Numbered from the stretch's first letter, positions 47,801-56,591 are shown. The stretch is 64,000 bases of DNA from Candidatus Micrarchaeia archaeon (GCA_041650255.1 JBAZLL010000005.1:153-64152); one strand, 5' to 3'. A program made the numbers and translations. The notes: a model not told the origin generated them from the letters alone.

Positions 47801-48018
47801 CTAAATCCATCTCCTAACTTTTCTTTTATACTCTTGGTAATGCTTTCCAAATGTCTTTTCCAGCTTTCGTTCTTCAAGTGGAATCATAAGAGTTTCGATT
47901 ATCACTATGAATAAAACTGGGAACGCAAAAGCGATTAATGTCCCTAACCATACTGCGATACCTGTTTGTATAATCGCCATCCCAAGATATATCGGATTTC
48001 GGCTTATCCGATAAGGGT
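47801..48018 (-). pseudogene. 5'-truncated remnant (last ~72 codons) of an isoprenylcysteine carboxyl methyltransferase/phospholipid methyltransferase (ICMT/PEMT) family gene
   Basis: The minus-strand frame reads ...DPYRISRNPIYLGMAIIQTGIAVWLGTLIAFAFPVLFIVIIETLMIPLEERKLEKTFGKHYQEYKRKVRRWI*. (G)PYR..RNP.YLG and the EE..L...FG..Y..Y...V pattern are the C-terminal ICMT signature. Homology stops abruptly at ~48015, where the sequence becomes more G+C-rich. Confidence 0.65.
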
Positions 48019-48228
48019 CGCAAGTTCGCTTTTGAGGTCGAGACGGGCACCGGCCTTGAGCGCGGAGAGGCTCGGATGATAGAGAAATTCGACCGGATCC
48101 GCCATGCCTATTCCGATTTTTTCATCATTGTTACCGACCGGCTCATGCGCAACAAGTACAAAAAATTCGGCCAAGCCATGACTAGGCTTGAATTGAGGTC
48201 TAAAATTGCGCAGCTAGCCAAGCGATGA
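48013..48228 (+). pseudogene. C-terminal fragment of an unidentified protein (possibly PD-(D/E)xK nuclease-like) lacking a start codon
   Basis: The frame reads KGRKFAFEVETGTGLERGEARMIEKFDRIRHAYSDFFIIVTDRLMRNKYKKFGQAMTRLELRSKIAQLAKR*. There is no in-frame start until M at 48076. E-V-E-T-G resembles the E-x-K/E-x-E strand of restriction-endonuclease-fold proteins. This is a weak call. Confidence 0.35.
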
Positions 48229-48382
48229 TATACTGGAGGCGCGAGCTGCGCAAAAACGCGGGTTGTGGTTGCCTGTGTTTGCTAAAAGCGAGGAATGAGC
48301 TGCGATAAGAAGTTTAAGAGCGGTTGCGCAGCTACTACGCGAGACCAGAAAGAATATATGCTCCCGACCCATATTATCTCCA

Positions 48383-51118
48383 ATGGCTGAGGCAACCTTG
48401 GATTTGAGCGAGCGAGATACACGCAATGAGGTTATTGACCCCCAGCTCAAAAAAGTGGGCTGGATCAAGCACTATTTGAAAGAGGAAGTCAATCCGGTCA
48501 AGTCCGACATCAAGAACAAGCAGTATGAGCTCTATTCCGGCAAGGTCGAAAGAGGCGTCGATATGTTCATCGACTACCTTCTTCTTTCCGAGGATTACGC
48601 CCCTCTCGCCATCATCGAAGCCAAGAGATTCTGCAAAGACCCCGAAGCAGGCCGAATCCAGGCCAGAAGCTATTCCAAGGTCATTGAATCCAAAATCGGC
48701 TATAAAGTCCCCATCTTCCTGACCAACGGCCATATCTGGCAGTTCATCGACCAGGACGGCATAGAACGCCGTGTAAGCGGGGTATTCTCGCAAGAAGACC
48801 TCAAAAGACGGCACGAGAATTATCTCAACCGCAGGCTTCCCTCTCTAGTCAAGATAAGTGGCAAGATTGTTGACCGCCCGCGCAGCATGGCGATTGTCAA
48901 GGCGCTTAGCGAGCATTTCTCTAACGGGCACCGCTCCGCCCTCATCCAAATGGCCACCGGCACCGGCAAAACCCGTGTTTCCATGGCCACCATCGATGTT
49001 CTCGCAAACGCCAATTATGTCCGAAACGTCCTATTTATCGCTGATCGTATCGCTCTAGCGAACCAAGCCAAATCAGACGGCTTCAAGCGGTTTTTCACCG
49101 AGCCCGTCGCAGATTTGAGGGACGGAATCAGCAAGACCTCCCGCTTCTATATAACCACGGTTCAGACCCTAACTTCCGGCAAGCGCTCCAAGACCTACGA
49201 GAAATTCAGCCCTGCCTATTTCGACTTGATTGTATTCGATGAAGCGCACCGCTCCCTCTACGACAGAAACAATATTCTCTTCAAGTACTTCGATTCCATC
49301 AAAATCGGCCTCACCGCTACCCCAACGCAGGAGGATAGCCGCGACACTTTCGACCTGTTCGAATGTGATGTAAGCAAGCCCACCGTGGAATACTCCTATG
49401 ACGAAGCCGTCCATGATGGAATCTTGGTCCCTTATCGCGGCGAGACGATTGAAACCAAAGTCCTAGCCTTGGGTATCGAAGGCAAGGAGCTCTCCCCGGA
49501 GCTCAAAGACCTAATCCGAAAACAGGAACTTGATCCAGAGGGCGTAGCCTTCAGTGGCGGAGAATTCGACCGCGTGTTCATGGATGACAAGACCAATGAG
49601 CTGGTCATCCGCAGGTTCATGGAGCGGTGCTACAAATCCGACGAGGGCAAGCCCGCTAAAACCATCTTCTTCTGCGCCAGCCAGAAGCACGCCAAGCACC
49701 TCAAGAAAGTTTTCACTAAAATCTATCCTTCACTTGGAAACGATGTGCAGGTTATCACATCCGACATGCACCGCGCCGAGGATGAGGTGCGCCGTTTCAA
49801 GAACGATTCCGAGCCCCGCATTGCTTTATCCGTCGGCATGTTGGATACCGGTATCGACGTGCCCGAAGTCTGCAACCTCGTCTTTGTCAAGCCTGTCTAT
49901 TCCACCGTCCGCTTCTGGCAGATGGTGGGCCGAGGAACTCGGAATCAAAACTCTTGCCGTCATCCCGACTGGCTACAGGACAAGGAGAAGAAGGACTTCC
50001 TTATCCTCGACTTCAAGATTGGTGGTCATTCCAATATCGAGTATCACAAATTCCGCTCCTCCAAAGAGAGCTCCAGAATGGATGTCATGACGCGCATCTT
50101 CATCAACCGCGTCAAGCTTCTCAACAAGACGTTGGACAAAACCCAGAAGGCCATCATCATCAAGAAAATCATGGAGGACATCGAGAACCTCAACAAGGAC
50201 TCTTTCATCGTCCGTGAGAAACTGGCAATTATCAAGAAACTGGAATCCGACTCGTTCAACCTTGAGAAATACATCGAGGAACTGAACAAGGATATTTCGC
50301 CCCTGATGATGCTCAATTCGGGCATCAATTCCTATACTGCCTCCTTCATCCTCAATGCCGAGAAGCTGTTCGGCCTCATCCTTGACAATCGGCGGGACGC
50401 CATCGAGGAAATCCGCGCATCAACCTTAATGCCCATGGTCGAGAACGTCTTGCGCCGCACTAACCTGACCGAAGTCAAAGAAAAGCTCAATTCATTAAAA
50501 TTAACCCTGCAAGATAAGTTCTGGAACGAGCTAACCTTCGAGAGCGTCGAATTCCTCATCCGCGAGATTGCGCCCCTCATGAAATATTACTCGCCCGACC
50601 CACGCAAGGTCATCCAGATAGATGCTTTTGACATTATCACTGATATTCAGGAGTTCAAGAAAGAGGTCAAGGAAGACGAGAAGCTCAAAGAGCTTCTTGA
50701 AAAGAACCCCTTGGTGCGCAAGCTACGTGATGGCGACGGCCTAACCATGGATGAGCTGCGTCAGCTTGTGGAGATTTTCCAGAAAATCCGCCCCGAGATA
50801 ACAATCCCCAACATCCAGCAGAGCACGGGCGTCGATTTCATGGTCTTTTTGCATGAAACGATTGGGATGCGCAGCACCTATGACCCCCGCGAGCGCATTG
50901 AGCGGCAGTTCGACGATTTCATCATCAAGAACAGCCATTACAATTCCAAACAGCTTGAATTCTTGCACTTGCTCAAAAGGGTGTTTGTGGAGCAAAAGCA
51001 TCTCGAAATTCAGGATTTAGGCACCTCGCCCCTATCTGACCAACGCCCCTTGGATCTCTTCGAGATGGAACAGCTTGAGATGATTGTCAAGAGCTGCCAG
51101 AAGATAAAATTCAAATAA
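48383..51118 (+). CDS. hsdR: Type I restriction enzyme R subunit (HsdR)
   Basis: 911 aa. N-terminal nuclease region ERDTRNEVIDPQLKKVGW...DMFIDYLLL...LAIIEAKR (D...E-x-K). Helicase motif I MATGTGKT, motif II FDEAHRS, motif VI QMVGRGTR. The C-terminal ...SKQLEFLHLLKRVFVEQKHLEIQDL resembles the EcoEI_R_C domain. Confidence 0.9.
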   Translation: MAEATLDLSERDTRNEVIDPQLKKVGWIKHYLKEEVNPVKSDIKNKQYELYSGKVERGVDMFIDYLLLSEDYAPLAIIEAKRFCKDPEAGRIQARSYSKVIESKIGYKVPIFLTNGHIWQFIDQDGIERRVSGVFSQEDLKRRHENYLNRRLPSLVKISGKIVDRPRSMAIVKALSEHFSNGHRSALIQMATGTGKTRVSMATIDVLANANYVRNVLFIADRIALANQAKSDGFKRFFTEPVADLRDGISKTSRFYITTVQTLTSGKRSKTYEKFSPAYFDLIVFDEAHRSLYDRNNILFKYFDSIKIGLTATPTQEDSRDTFDLFECDVSKPTVEYSYDEAVHDGILVPYRGETIETKVLALGIEGKELSPELKDLIRKQELDPEGVAFSGGEFDRVFMDDKTNELVIRRFMERCYKSDEGKPAKTIFFCASQKHAKHLKKVFTKIYPSLGNDVQVITSDMHRAEDEVRRFKNDSEPRIALSVGMLDTGIDVPEVCNLVFVKPVYSTVRFWQMVGRGTRNQNSCRHPDWLQDKEKKDFLILDFKIGGHSNIEYHKFRSSKESSRMDVMTRIFINRVKLLNKTLDKTQKAIIIKKIMEDIENLNKDSFIVREKLAIIKKLESDSFNLEKYIEELNKDISPLMMLNSGINSYTASFILNAEKLFGLILDNRRDAIEEIRASTLMPMVENVLRRTNLTEVKEKLNSLKLTLQDKFWNELTFESVEFLIREIAPLMKYYSPDPRKVIQIDAFDIITDIQEFKKEVKEDEKLKELLEKNPLVRKLRDGDGLTMDELRQLVEIFQKIRPEITIPNIQQSTGVDFMVFLHETIGMRSTYDPRERIERQFDDFIIKNSHYNSKQLEFLHLLKRVFVEQKHLEIQDLGTSPLSDQRPLDLFEMEQLEMIVKSCQKIKFK

Positions 51119-51120
51119 AA

Positions 51121-51366
51121 TTAAGGAGTATAATGTGCCAGTCGTTCATTATAGCAATAAGCGAGTTTATTTTCTCCTTCAAATACTTGCTGATTTCTGC
51201 GATGTCGACCACTCGTTCCAAGAAGTCTTTGTGGCATTGATTTCTCACAAACAATAACTAATTTATCGCCGCGAATCTCGGTTTTTCCAGAAAACGAGAC
51301 GATATCTTCAAGTAAAATGTTTGAACTCATCAACAACGCCTTCCTTTTATGTCGATGTAGCAACAC
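51121..51366 (-). CDS. Hypothetical small protein (probably 69 aa from MSSNILLED...)
   Basis: ORF-track entry. An internal ATG is preceded by a GGAAGG-like sequence. No motif recognised. The 120 bp upstream (51367-51487) has only short broken frames. Confidence 0.3.
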   Translation of the reverse strand: MLLHRHKRKALLMSSNILLEDIVSFSGKTEIRGDKLVIVCEKSMPQRLLGTSGRHRRNQQVFEGENKLAYCYNERLAHYTP

Positions 51367-51487
51367 GCACCGTTTGAGCCCTGCGCCATAGAATAAGCAA
51401 AATGAACTTCTCGCTTGTCAGGTAATGACATACGTTGTACTAGTTTACGCGCCACGCAGACTATTCGTTTGCTCTTGATGCCATCAA

Positions 51488-51847
51488 CTACCATCTGAGT
51501 TTACCCTCAGTCTGAAGTTTTGTAAATATTTTTAACACAACTTCGATGTCGAGATTGCAAGCCTCTGCTACATCACTGGCGTATGCCTCTCGATTTTTAT
51601 CCAAATAAGTTAAAACTTTTTTATATGCATCTTCAAATGGAACTTCCTCTACATAGATTATTTTTGCAGATGCCTGCAATTCTTTCACTTCGTGTTCGAG
51701 AGTTTCTACTTTTTCACAAAGCGTACTTATTGCAGCTGTCTTATGAAGCAGTTCGGAATCGAATTTTTCCTGAAGTTTCACGATTTGCTTAGCGATTACC
51801 GCCTCGATATCTAGATTCTCTATACATACGGTTTGCGTCGATTCCAT
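51488..51847 (-). CDS. Coiled-coil plus C-terminal winged-helix (wHTH) DNA-binding protein
   Basis: 119 aa. The heptad-like N-terminal half (IAKQIVKLQEKFDSELL...VETLEHEVKELQ) is followed by YKKVLTYLDKNREAYASDVAEACNLDIEVVLKIFTKLQTEGKL, a typical wHTH layout. Its start abuts the stop of 51849..52148. Confidence 0.55.
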   Translation of the reverse strand: MESTQTVCIENLDIEAVIAKQIVKLQEKFDSELLHKTAAISTLCEKVETLEHEVKELQASAKIIYVEEVPFEDAYKKVLTYLDKNREAYASDVAEACNLDIEVVLKIFTKLQTEGKLRW

Positions 51848-51848
51848 A

Positions 51849-52148
51849 CTATCCCTTCTCCAACAAATCGATAAACTGTTTTAGCTGAGAAACGTCTTTT
51901 TGGTTGATTGTACTAATATAAACTATCTTTTCTTTAATGTCAGTTGCGTTTTCAATAGATAATGATATTAGGGACGCGTTGATTACTTTTCCCTCGTCAT
52001 TCTTATTTTCTTTAATCAAAATAATTGAAATTGGTGAAAAACCCAATGAATTGTATTTTTCATTAAAAGTATCCTTTAGCAAATTCTTTAATTCAAAATT
52101 CGATAGTTTGTATTTAACAGGCTCCGCGCTTGTTACAGGTTCAGCCAT
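51849..52148 (-). CDS. Hypothetical protein (99 aa)
   Basis: ORF with protein-like composition and first gene of a minus-strand pair. No motif recognised. Confidence 0.5.
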   Translation of the reverse strand: MAEPVTSAEPVKYKLSNFELKNLLKDTFNEKYNSLGFSPISIILIKENKNDEGKVINASLISLSIENATDIKEKIVYISTINQKDVSQLKQFIDLLEKG

Positions 52149-52194
52149 ATAATCGCCAGATTTGTGATTCTCGCATATTTTTTAAAACATTCGT

Positions 52195-52233
52195 GCATCG
52201 TTCGGCTTTGCGTCAAGTCCTCTCGAACGATGC
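52195..52233. promoter_or_regulatory. 10-bp perfect inverted repeat GCATCGTTCG-N19-CGAACGATGC in a 290-bp divergent intergenic region (candidate operator or structured leader)
   Basis: Read directly. A third half-site-like copy, GTCGAACGAAAGC, lies at ~52246-52258, and GCTTTGCG/CGCAAAG complementarity is nearby. Confidence 0.45.
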
Positions 52234-52437
52234 AAATGTTGCCCCGTCGAACGAAAGCGCAAAGTCGTATTGTTTGAACTCTCCTAGTGGTGTTCGACCG
52301 CAGTCTCAAACCTTCGGAGTTGTTCCAGTTAAGCTACGGCAACTGGGTTTTATAATGTTTAACCGAACTATTTCTTATATTTGGTTTACCTTTTCCAACC
52401 ATTAGCTATATTAACCCTTTATCTCTAAGTCTTATTT

Positions 52438-52812
52438 ATGGACACACACAAATCCATGGCCACGAAGCTGCCAATCAAGGAATACACTTGGATTCTGGAT
52501 TACTGCAACCGGAAGAAAATAACGCCCTCCGCGCTGATCAAGGAGCTTCTTCTGGAAGAAATCGGGCCTTCTCCTTCTCACGTTGCTGGCCGGAACCTCA
52601 TCAGCTATGACAAGAAAAAGGACTCCTTTGTCTGGAGCGTCGAGCTGGACAATGGGAAGAAGGCCGTGGCAGCGGAAAACCTGTCTGCTGAGTTTCTTAA
52701 AGACCTGAACCACGGTATTTCAGATGCTTTGGTTTCTCGGGAGGAAATGATCGGTCGGAAGAAGAAAGGCTCGGTGGCAGTGCCGAAGCGGTTGATACGA
52801 GGGAAACGATGA
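52438..52812 (+). CDS. Ribbon-helix-helix (CopG/Arc-like) protein with an uncharacterised C-terminal extension
   Basis: 124 aa. The N-terminal MATKLPIKEYTWILDYCNRKKITPSALIKELLLEEI fits the beta-strand/helix/helix RHH pattern. Its stop overlaps the next start (ATGA). Confidence 0.55.
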   Translation: MDTHKSMATKLPIKEYTWILDYCNRKKITPSALIKELLLEEIGPSPSHVAGRNLISYDKKKDSFVWSVELDNGKKAVAAENLSAEFLKDLNHGISDALVSREEMIGRKKKGSVAVPKRLIRGKR

Positions 52813-53432
52813 AGAAGGAAGAAGCGATTAAACAATTACAAGACTTCAACAAAGCCGGAGTTGAACTATTTCGATTGAGCTTTGTCAAGAAGATGCAAGA
52901 GCCGAATTGCGGTTACAGTATGAATTTTGAGAAAGGTAAAGGAATAACCTGCATTTTTCGGGGCCCAGATGATGAAGCGGTGAAAGCGTTCTGTAATGAT
53001 TTGCGAAAATTTATCCAAAAAAACGATTACCTTCATTATGGTAATTTAAAGAAAATATATGATTCAGATTTTGTTACGGCAGAAGAACGCGCTTCTTTCT
53101 ATGAAATTCTCAGCCAACTTAAACAGTTCACGGAAACCTCAACAAATCATAGTGTAAATGGAGAGCTAATAACCTACGCGAGAGCTCTGGAGGTTTTTCT
53201 ATATGGAAAAATTTCCCACATGTCAGATCACCATCAAAATCGCAAGACATATGAGAAATGGGAAGGTTTTCCCCCAACCTACGTCTCGCTCAAAAACGAG
53301 TTTATGGTAATTCTATATGAGTACATGCGAGTGTTCATAAATAACTTCATGATTTCCAACAATCGCGTATTGGAACGACTTGGCTATCCTAGGATAGAGA
53401 TAATGGAGGGTGTGAATGAATCTAACAAATAA
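52809..53432 (+). CDS. Hypothetical 207-aa protein embedded upstream of hsdS (no recognisable motif)
   Basis: The ORF overlaps the upstream gene by 4 nt and hsdS by 17 nt, implying co-translation with the R-M specificity and methylase genes. Predicted largely alpha-helical. Confidence 0.55.
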   Translation: MKKEEAIKQLQDFNKAGVELFRLSFVKKMQEPNCGYSMNFEKGKGITCIFRGPDDEAVKAFCNDLRKFIQKNDYLHYGNLKKIYDSDFVTAEERASFYEILSQLKQFTETSTNHSVNGELITYARALEVFLYGKISHMSDHHQNRKTYEKWEGFPPTYVSLKNEFMVILYEYMRVFINNFMISNNRVLERLGYPRIEIMEGVNESNK

Positions 53433-54573
53433 ACATTTGCCAGACGGATGGACGAGCATACGGTTTGAGGATGCCTTCGAGCGCCTGCCCAAGACCAAAA
53501 TAAAGGCGGGTGAGGGGCTTGAACAAGGCAAATACAAATTCTTCACTTCTAGCGACGAGCAGAAGAAATTCCTTGATAGCTACGAATTCGATGGCGAGCA
53601 TCTGATTCTCGGAACTGGTGGTGTTGCGAGCATCCATTACTGCAATGAGAAATTTTCGACAAGTACAGATTGTTTTGTCATGAAACTCAAGGCGAAAGAC
53701 ATACTATTGAAATATATCTACTATTTCTTCCGAAGTCGTTTCTACTTGTTGGAGGAAGGTTTTCGAGGAGCAGGTTTGAAGCATTTATCTCGCCACTACC
53801 TAAACGAAATATCTATCCCATATCCAGAAAGTAAAGAAACTCAGAAGAAAATTATCTCCATCCTTGAGAAGGCAGAATCTCTCAAGACTTCCCGCGAGGA
53901 AGCAGATAAGCTCACGAATGAGTTACTCAAGAGTGTGTTCTGTGAGGTGTTTGGAGATCCGGTGAGGAATGAAAAAGGATGGGAACAATCTGTTTTGAAA
54001 GAAAAATCCGAGATCATTCAGATCGGGCCGTTTGGTACTCAATTGCACGTTGAGGATTATACTACTGGTGGTATCCCGCTAGTGAATCCGATGCACATTA
54101 TAAATAAAAAAATCGTTCCAGATTTCAATTTTACTGTATCTCCTAAGAAATATGACGAGCTATCTAATTATCATATGAAAGTCGGAGACATCATAATGGG
54201 TCGGCGCGGTGAAATGGCCAGGTGCGCATTAGTAACTACAAAAGAAGATGGTTGGCTATGCGGAACCGGCAGTCTGTTCATTAGGCCGAAGAACGACGTT
54301 AATTCTCTATTTCTACTTTTTTGTTTAACTCACGCATCCATGAAAAAAGTTCTCGAGAACAATTCTCAAGGAGTAACGATGAGTAATCTTAATTTATCTA
54401 TTATAAATAATTTAAAAATAATTGTCCCTCCGCGTAAATTGCAAAATAAGTTTGCTGAAATTTCTGAGCGTCTAAATTCGATTAATGAAAAACAGGCAAC
54501 TTCTTCAGACAAAATCGACCAGCTCATTTATACATTAATGCAAAAAGCATTTAGCGGCGAGCTATTTGGATGA
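53416..54573 (+). CDS. hsdS: Type I restriction-modification specificity subunit (HsdS), two target-recognition domains
   Basis: 385 aa with a GGAGGGTG ribosome-binding site. LPDGWTSIRFEDAF opens TRD1. The central conserved helix is KKIISILEKAESLKTSREEADKLTNELLKSVF. TRD2 follows, then a C-terminal conserved helix ending ...LMQKAFSGELF. Confidence 0.9.
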   Translation: MNLTNKHLPDGWTSIRFEDAFERLPKTKIKAGEGLEQGKYKFFTSSDEQKKFLDSYEFDGEHLILGTGGVASIHYCNEKFSTSTDCFVMKLKAKDILLKYIYYFFRSRFYLLEEGFRGAGLKHLSRHYLNEISIPYPESKETQKKIISILEKAESLKTSREEADKLTNELLKSVFCEVFGDPVRNEKGWEQSVLKEKSEIIQIGPFGTQLHVEDYTTGGIPLVNPMHIINKKIVPDFNFTVSPKKYDELSNYHMKVGDIIMGRRGEMARCALVTTKEDGWLCGTGSLFIRPKNDVNSLFLLFCLTHASMKKVLENNSQGVTMSNLNLSIINNLKIIVPPRKLQNKFAEISERLNSINEKQATSSDKIDQLIYTLMQKAFSGELFG

Positions 54574-54917
54574 TGATTATGGCTAAAGATAAGACTGGGT
54601 TGGAAGAAAGTCTAAACATGACTGAGATGCTGCTGGTTTACATCTCAAAAAATGAACCAATGGATAGAACTGGTTTACTAAAATTAGTAGAAGGCGCAAA
54701 AATAGATCCCGATAAATTACTTCTAAATTTAGGTCGGTTAAAAGATGCGAACCTAATAGACTATGAAGTGATACTTGTTTTTGGGGAAGATTTTCCTAGA
54801 ATCTACAATGTCAAACTCACTTACAACGGACTAAAAGAAATTGATTCTCTTTTGAAAAGAAAGAATATCGTTAAAGGAATGGAATTGAATTTTGGTTTAT
54901 TGAAAATCATGATTTAG
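54570..54917 (+). CDS. Hypothetical 115-aa protein between hsdS and hsdM (possible YjcQ-like winged helix)
   Basis: Its start overlaps the hsdS stop (ATGATG/TGA). LLNLGRLKDANLIDYEV...VKLTYNGLKEI resembles the recognition helix plus wing of small wHTH proteins. This is a weak call. Confidence 0.45.
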   Translation: MMIMAKDKTGLEESLNMTEMLLVYISKNEPMDRTGLLKLVEGAKIDPDKLLLNLGRLKDANLIDYEVILVFGEDFPRIYNVKLTYNGLKEIDSLLKRKNIVKGMELNFGLLKIMI

Positions 54918-54927
54918 GTGGTTCTCT

Positions 54928-56415
54928 ATGCTTGACTCCGAACTAAAATCAAAAATAAATAAGCTCTGGGAAAAACTCTGGAGCTCAGGTATCTCAAATC
55001 CCTTGAGCGCTATCGAGCAAATCTCATACCTTCTTTACATGAAGCATCTAGAGGACGAAGACATCTTACACCAGCAAAACGCTAAACTGACCAAAGAAAA
55101 ATATTCCTCCATCTTCGATAAAAACAATGATTGCAGATGGAGCGTTTGGACTGAATATCAAGCCGATAAAATATTAGAGCACGTCCGAACCAAGGTATTC
55201 CCATTCCTCAAAACCTTGGGGGAAAAGGACTCCATGTACAACCAGTACATGCAGGACGCGGTTTTCATCATCCCAACCCCCTCCGTTCTAATTGAAGCGG
55301 TCAAAATCATCAATGAACTGAAAATCAAGGAGCAGAACCGGGACACCCAAGGGGACATCTACGAGTACCTTCTTTCAGAGCTCACCACAGCCGGTAAGAA
55401 TGGCCAATTCCGCACTCCGAGGCACATCATCCGCATGATGGTCGAACTGATTGGCCCAAAATATGGGGAAACTATCTGTGATCCGGCTTGTGGAACCTCT
55501 GGCTTTTTGGTCAATGCCTATGAGCATATCCTCAAAACCAACACTTCCAAAGACCTCATCAAGCGCGATGAGGCCGGGAACGAATATGGCTTTAGCGGGG
55601 AAAAACTCAATTCCAATCAGTTGGAGATTCTCAGGAAAGAAACCCTCTATGGCTTTGACAATGACCCAACTATGGTAAGAATTGCCCTGATGAATCTTAT
55701 GATGCACGGCATCACGAGGCCTAATATCCAACAGATGAATACCATCTCGACGCGGTTCTCGCAAGCCAACTACTATGACATCATCCTGGCAAATCCGCCC
55801 TTCAAGGGTAGTGTGGATGAATCGGAGCTAAGCGACCAATTCACCATCAAGACCAAAAAGACCGAGATTCTATTCTTGGAACTCATGCACCGGCTTCTCC
55901 ATAATGGCGGCAAGTGCGCCGTTATCGTACCGGACGGCATTGTTTTCGGCAGCTCCAACGCCCATCAGGATATACGCCAGCTTCTGCTTGAAAAGTGCCG
56001 CCTAGATGCGGTAATCTCCATGCCTTCGGGCGTCTTCAAGCCTTATGCTGGAGTTTCTACTGCCGTGCTGTTTTTCACTAAAGGCGAACCTACCAAAAAA
56101 GTCTGGTTCTATGATATGGAATCCGACGGTTTCAGCCTAGACGACAAACGGACGTTTATCGATGGCAAGGGGGATATTCCTGATATTATCGAGAAATTCA
56201 AGAAAAGGGAAAAAGAGAAATACGAAGACCGAAAGGCCAAATGCTTCTTTATCCCGTTTGAGGAGATTAAGGCAAATGGCTATGATCTGAGTATTTCCAA
56301 GTACAAGGAGATTGTTCACGAAGAGGTCAATTACGAGAAGCCTCACGTGATCAAAAAGAAGATTTTAGACCTTGAGGAGAGCATTATCAAGACGCTCAAG
56401 GAGATTGAGGTCTAA
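54928..56415 (+). CDS. hsdM: Type I restriction-modification N6-adenine DNA methyltransferase subunit (HsdM)
   Basis: 495 aa with a TAGGTGG ribosome-binding site. HsdM_N-like N-terminus (LWEKLWSSGISNPLSAIEQISYLLYMKHLED), SAM motif I DPACGTSGFL and catalytic motif IV ANPPFKG. Confidence 0.95.
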   Translation: MLDSELKSKINKLWEKLWSSGISNPLSAIEQISYLLYMKHLEDEDILHQQNAKLTKEKYSSIFDKNNDCRWSVWTEYQADKILEHVRTKVFPFLKTLGEKDSMYNQYMQDAVFIIPTPSVLIEAVKIINELKIKEQNRDTQGDIYEYLLSELTTAGKNGQFRTPRHIIRMMVELIGPKYGETICDPACGTSGFLVNAYEHILKTNTSKDLIKRDEAGNEYGFSGEKLNSNQLEILRKETLYGFDNDPTMVRIALMNLMMHGITRPNIQQMNTISTRFSQANYYDIILANPPFKGSVDESELSDQFTIKTKKTEILFLELMHRLLHNGGKCAVIVPDGIVFGSSNAHQDIRQLLLEKCRLDAVISMPSGVFKPYAGVSTAVLFFTKGEPTKKVWFYDMESDGFSLDDKRTFIDGKGDIPDIIEKFKKREKEKYEDRKAKCFFIPFEEIKANGYDLSISKYKEIVHEEVNYEKPHVIKKKILDLEESIIKTLKEIEV

Positions 56416-56591
56416 ACATCCTGCTCCATCAAAGTCGTTCTTCCGTTCTTTTTTGCCCTTCCAAGGGCCTCCTTTAGGATAGCCTCATTCTTCCCATCCA
56501 TCGCATCGATAAAACCCATCGAGATTCTCATGCTGTTGCGATGGGCAAAAACAACGAGCTTCGTCTTTTTCACGAACTCCATCTCAATCAT
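56412..56591 (-). CDS. Small 59-aa protein overlapping the stop of the upstream wHTH gene (alternatively, the downstream half of a frameshifted gene reaching 56717)
   Basis: The ATG of MIEMEFVKKTKLVVFAHRNSMRISMGFIDAMDGKNEAILKEALGRAKKNGRTTLMEQDV overlaps the TGA of 56584..56880 (ATGATTGA). The track's longer 101-aa version (GTG 56717) overlaps the wHTH gene by 134 nt. Confidence 0.35.
   Translation of the reverse strand: MIEMEFVKKTKLVVFAHRNSMRISMGFIDAMDGKNEAILKEALGRAKKNGRTTLMEQDV

Noticed and set aside
48001-48009. GGCTTATCC at the left island junction matching GGATAAGCC at 61319-61327 near the integrase, considered as att core sites
   Set aside because: The match is only 9 nt and is in inverted, not direct, orientation. 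It falls inside the conserved ICMT coding motif (RISRNP). Chance similarity cannot be excluded, so I do not call att sites.
51367-51487. Attempt to join this gap with 51121-51366 into one frameshifted toxin-like gene (a frame reading VDGIKSKRIVCVARKLVQRMSLPDKREVHFAYSMAQGSNGACCYIDIKGRRC)
   Set aside because: I could not recognise any family in either piece or identify a convincing frameshift point. Left as an unresolved, possibly decayed region.
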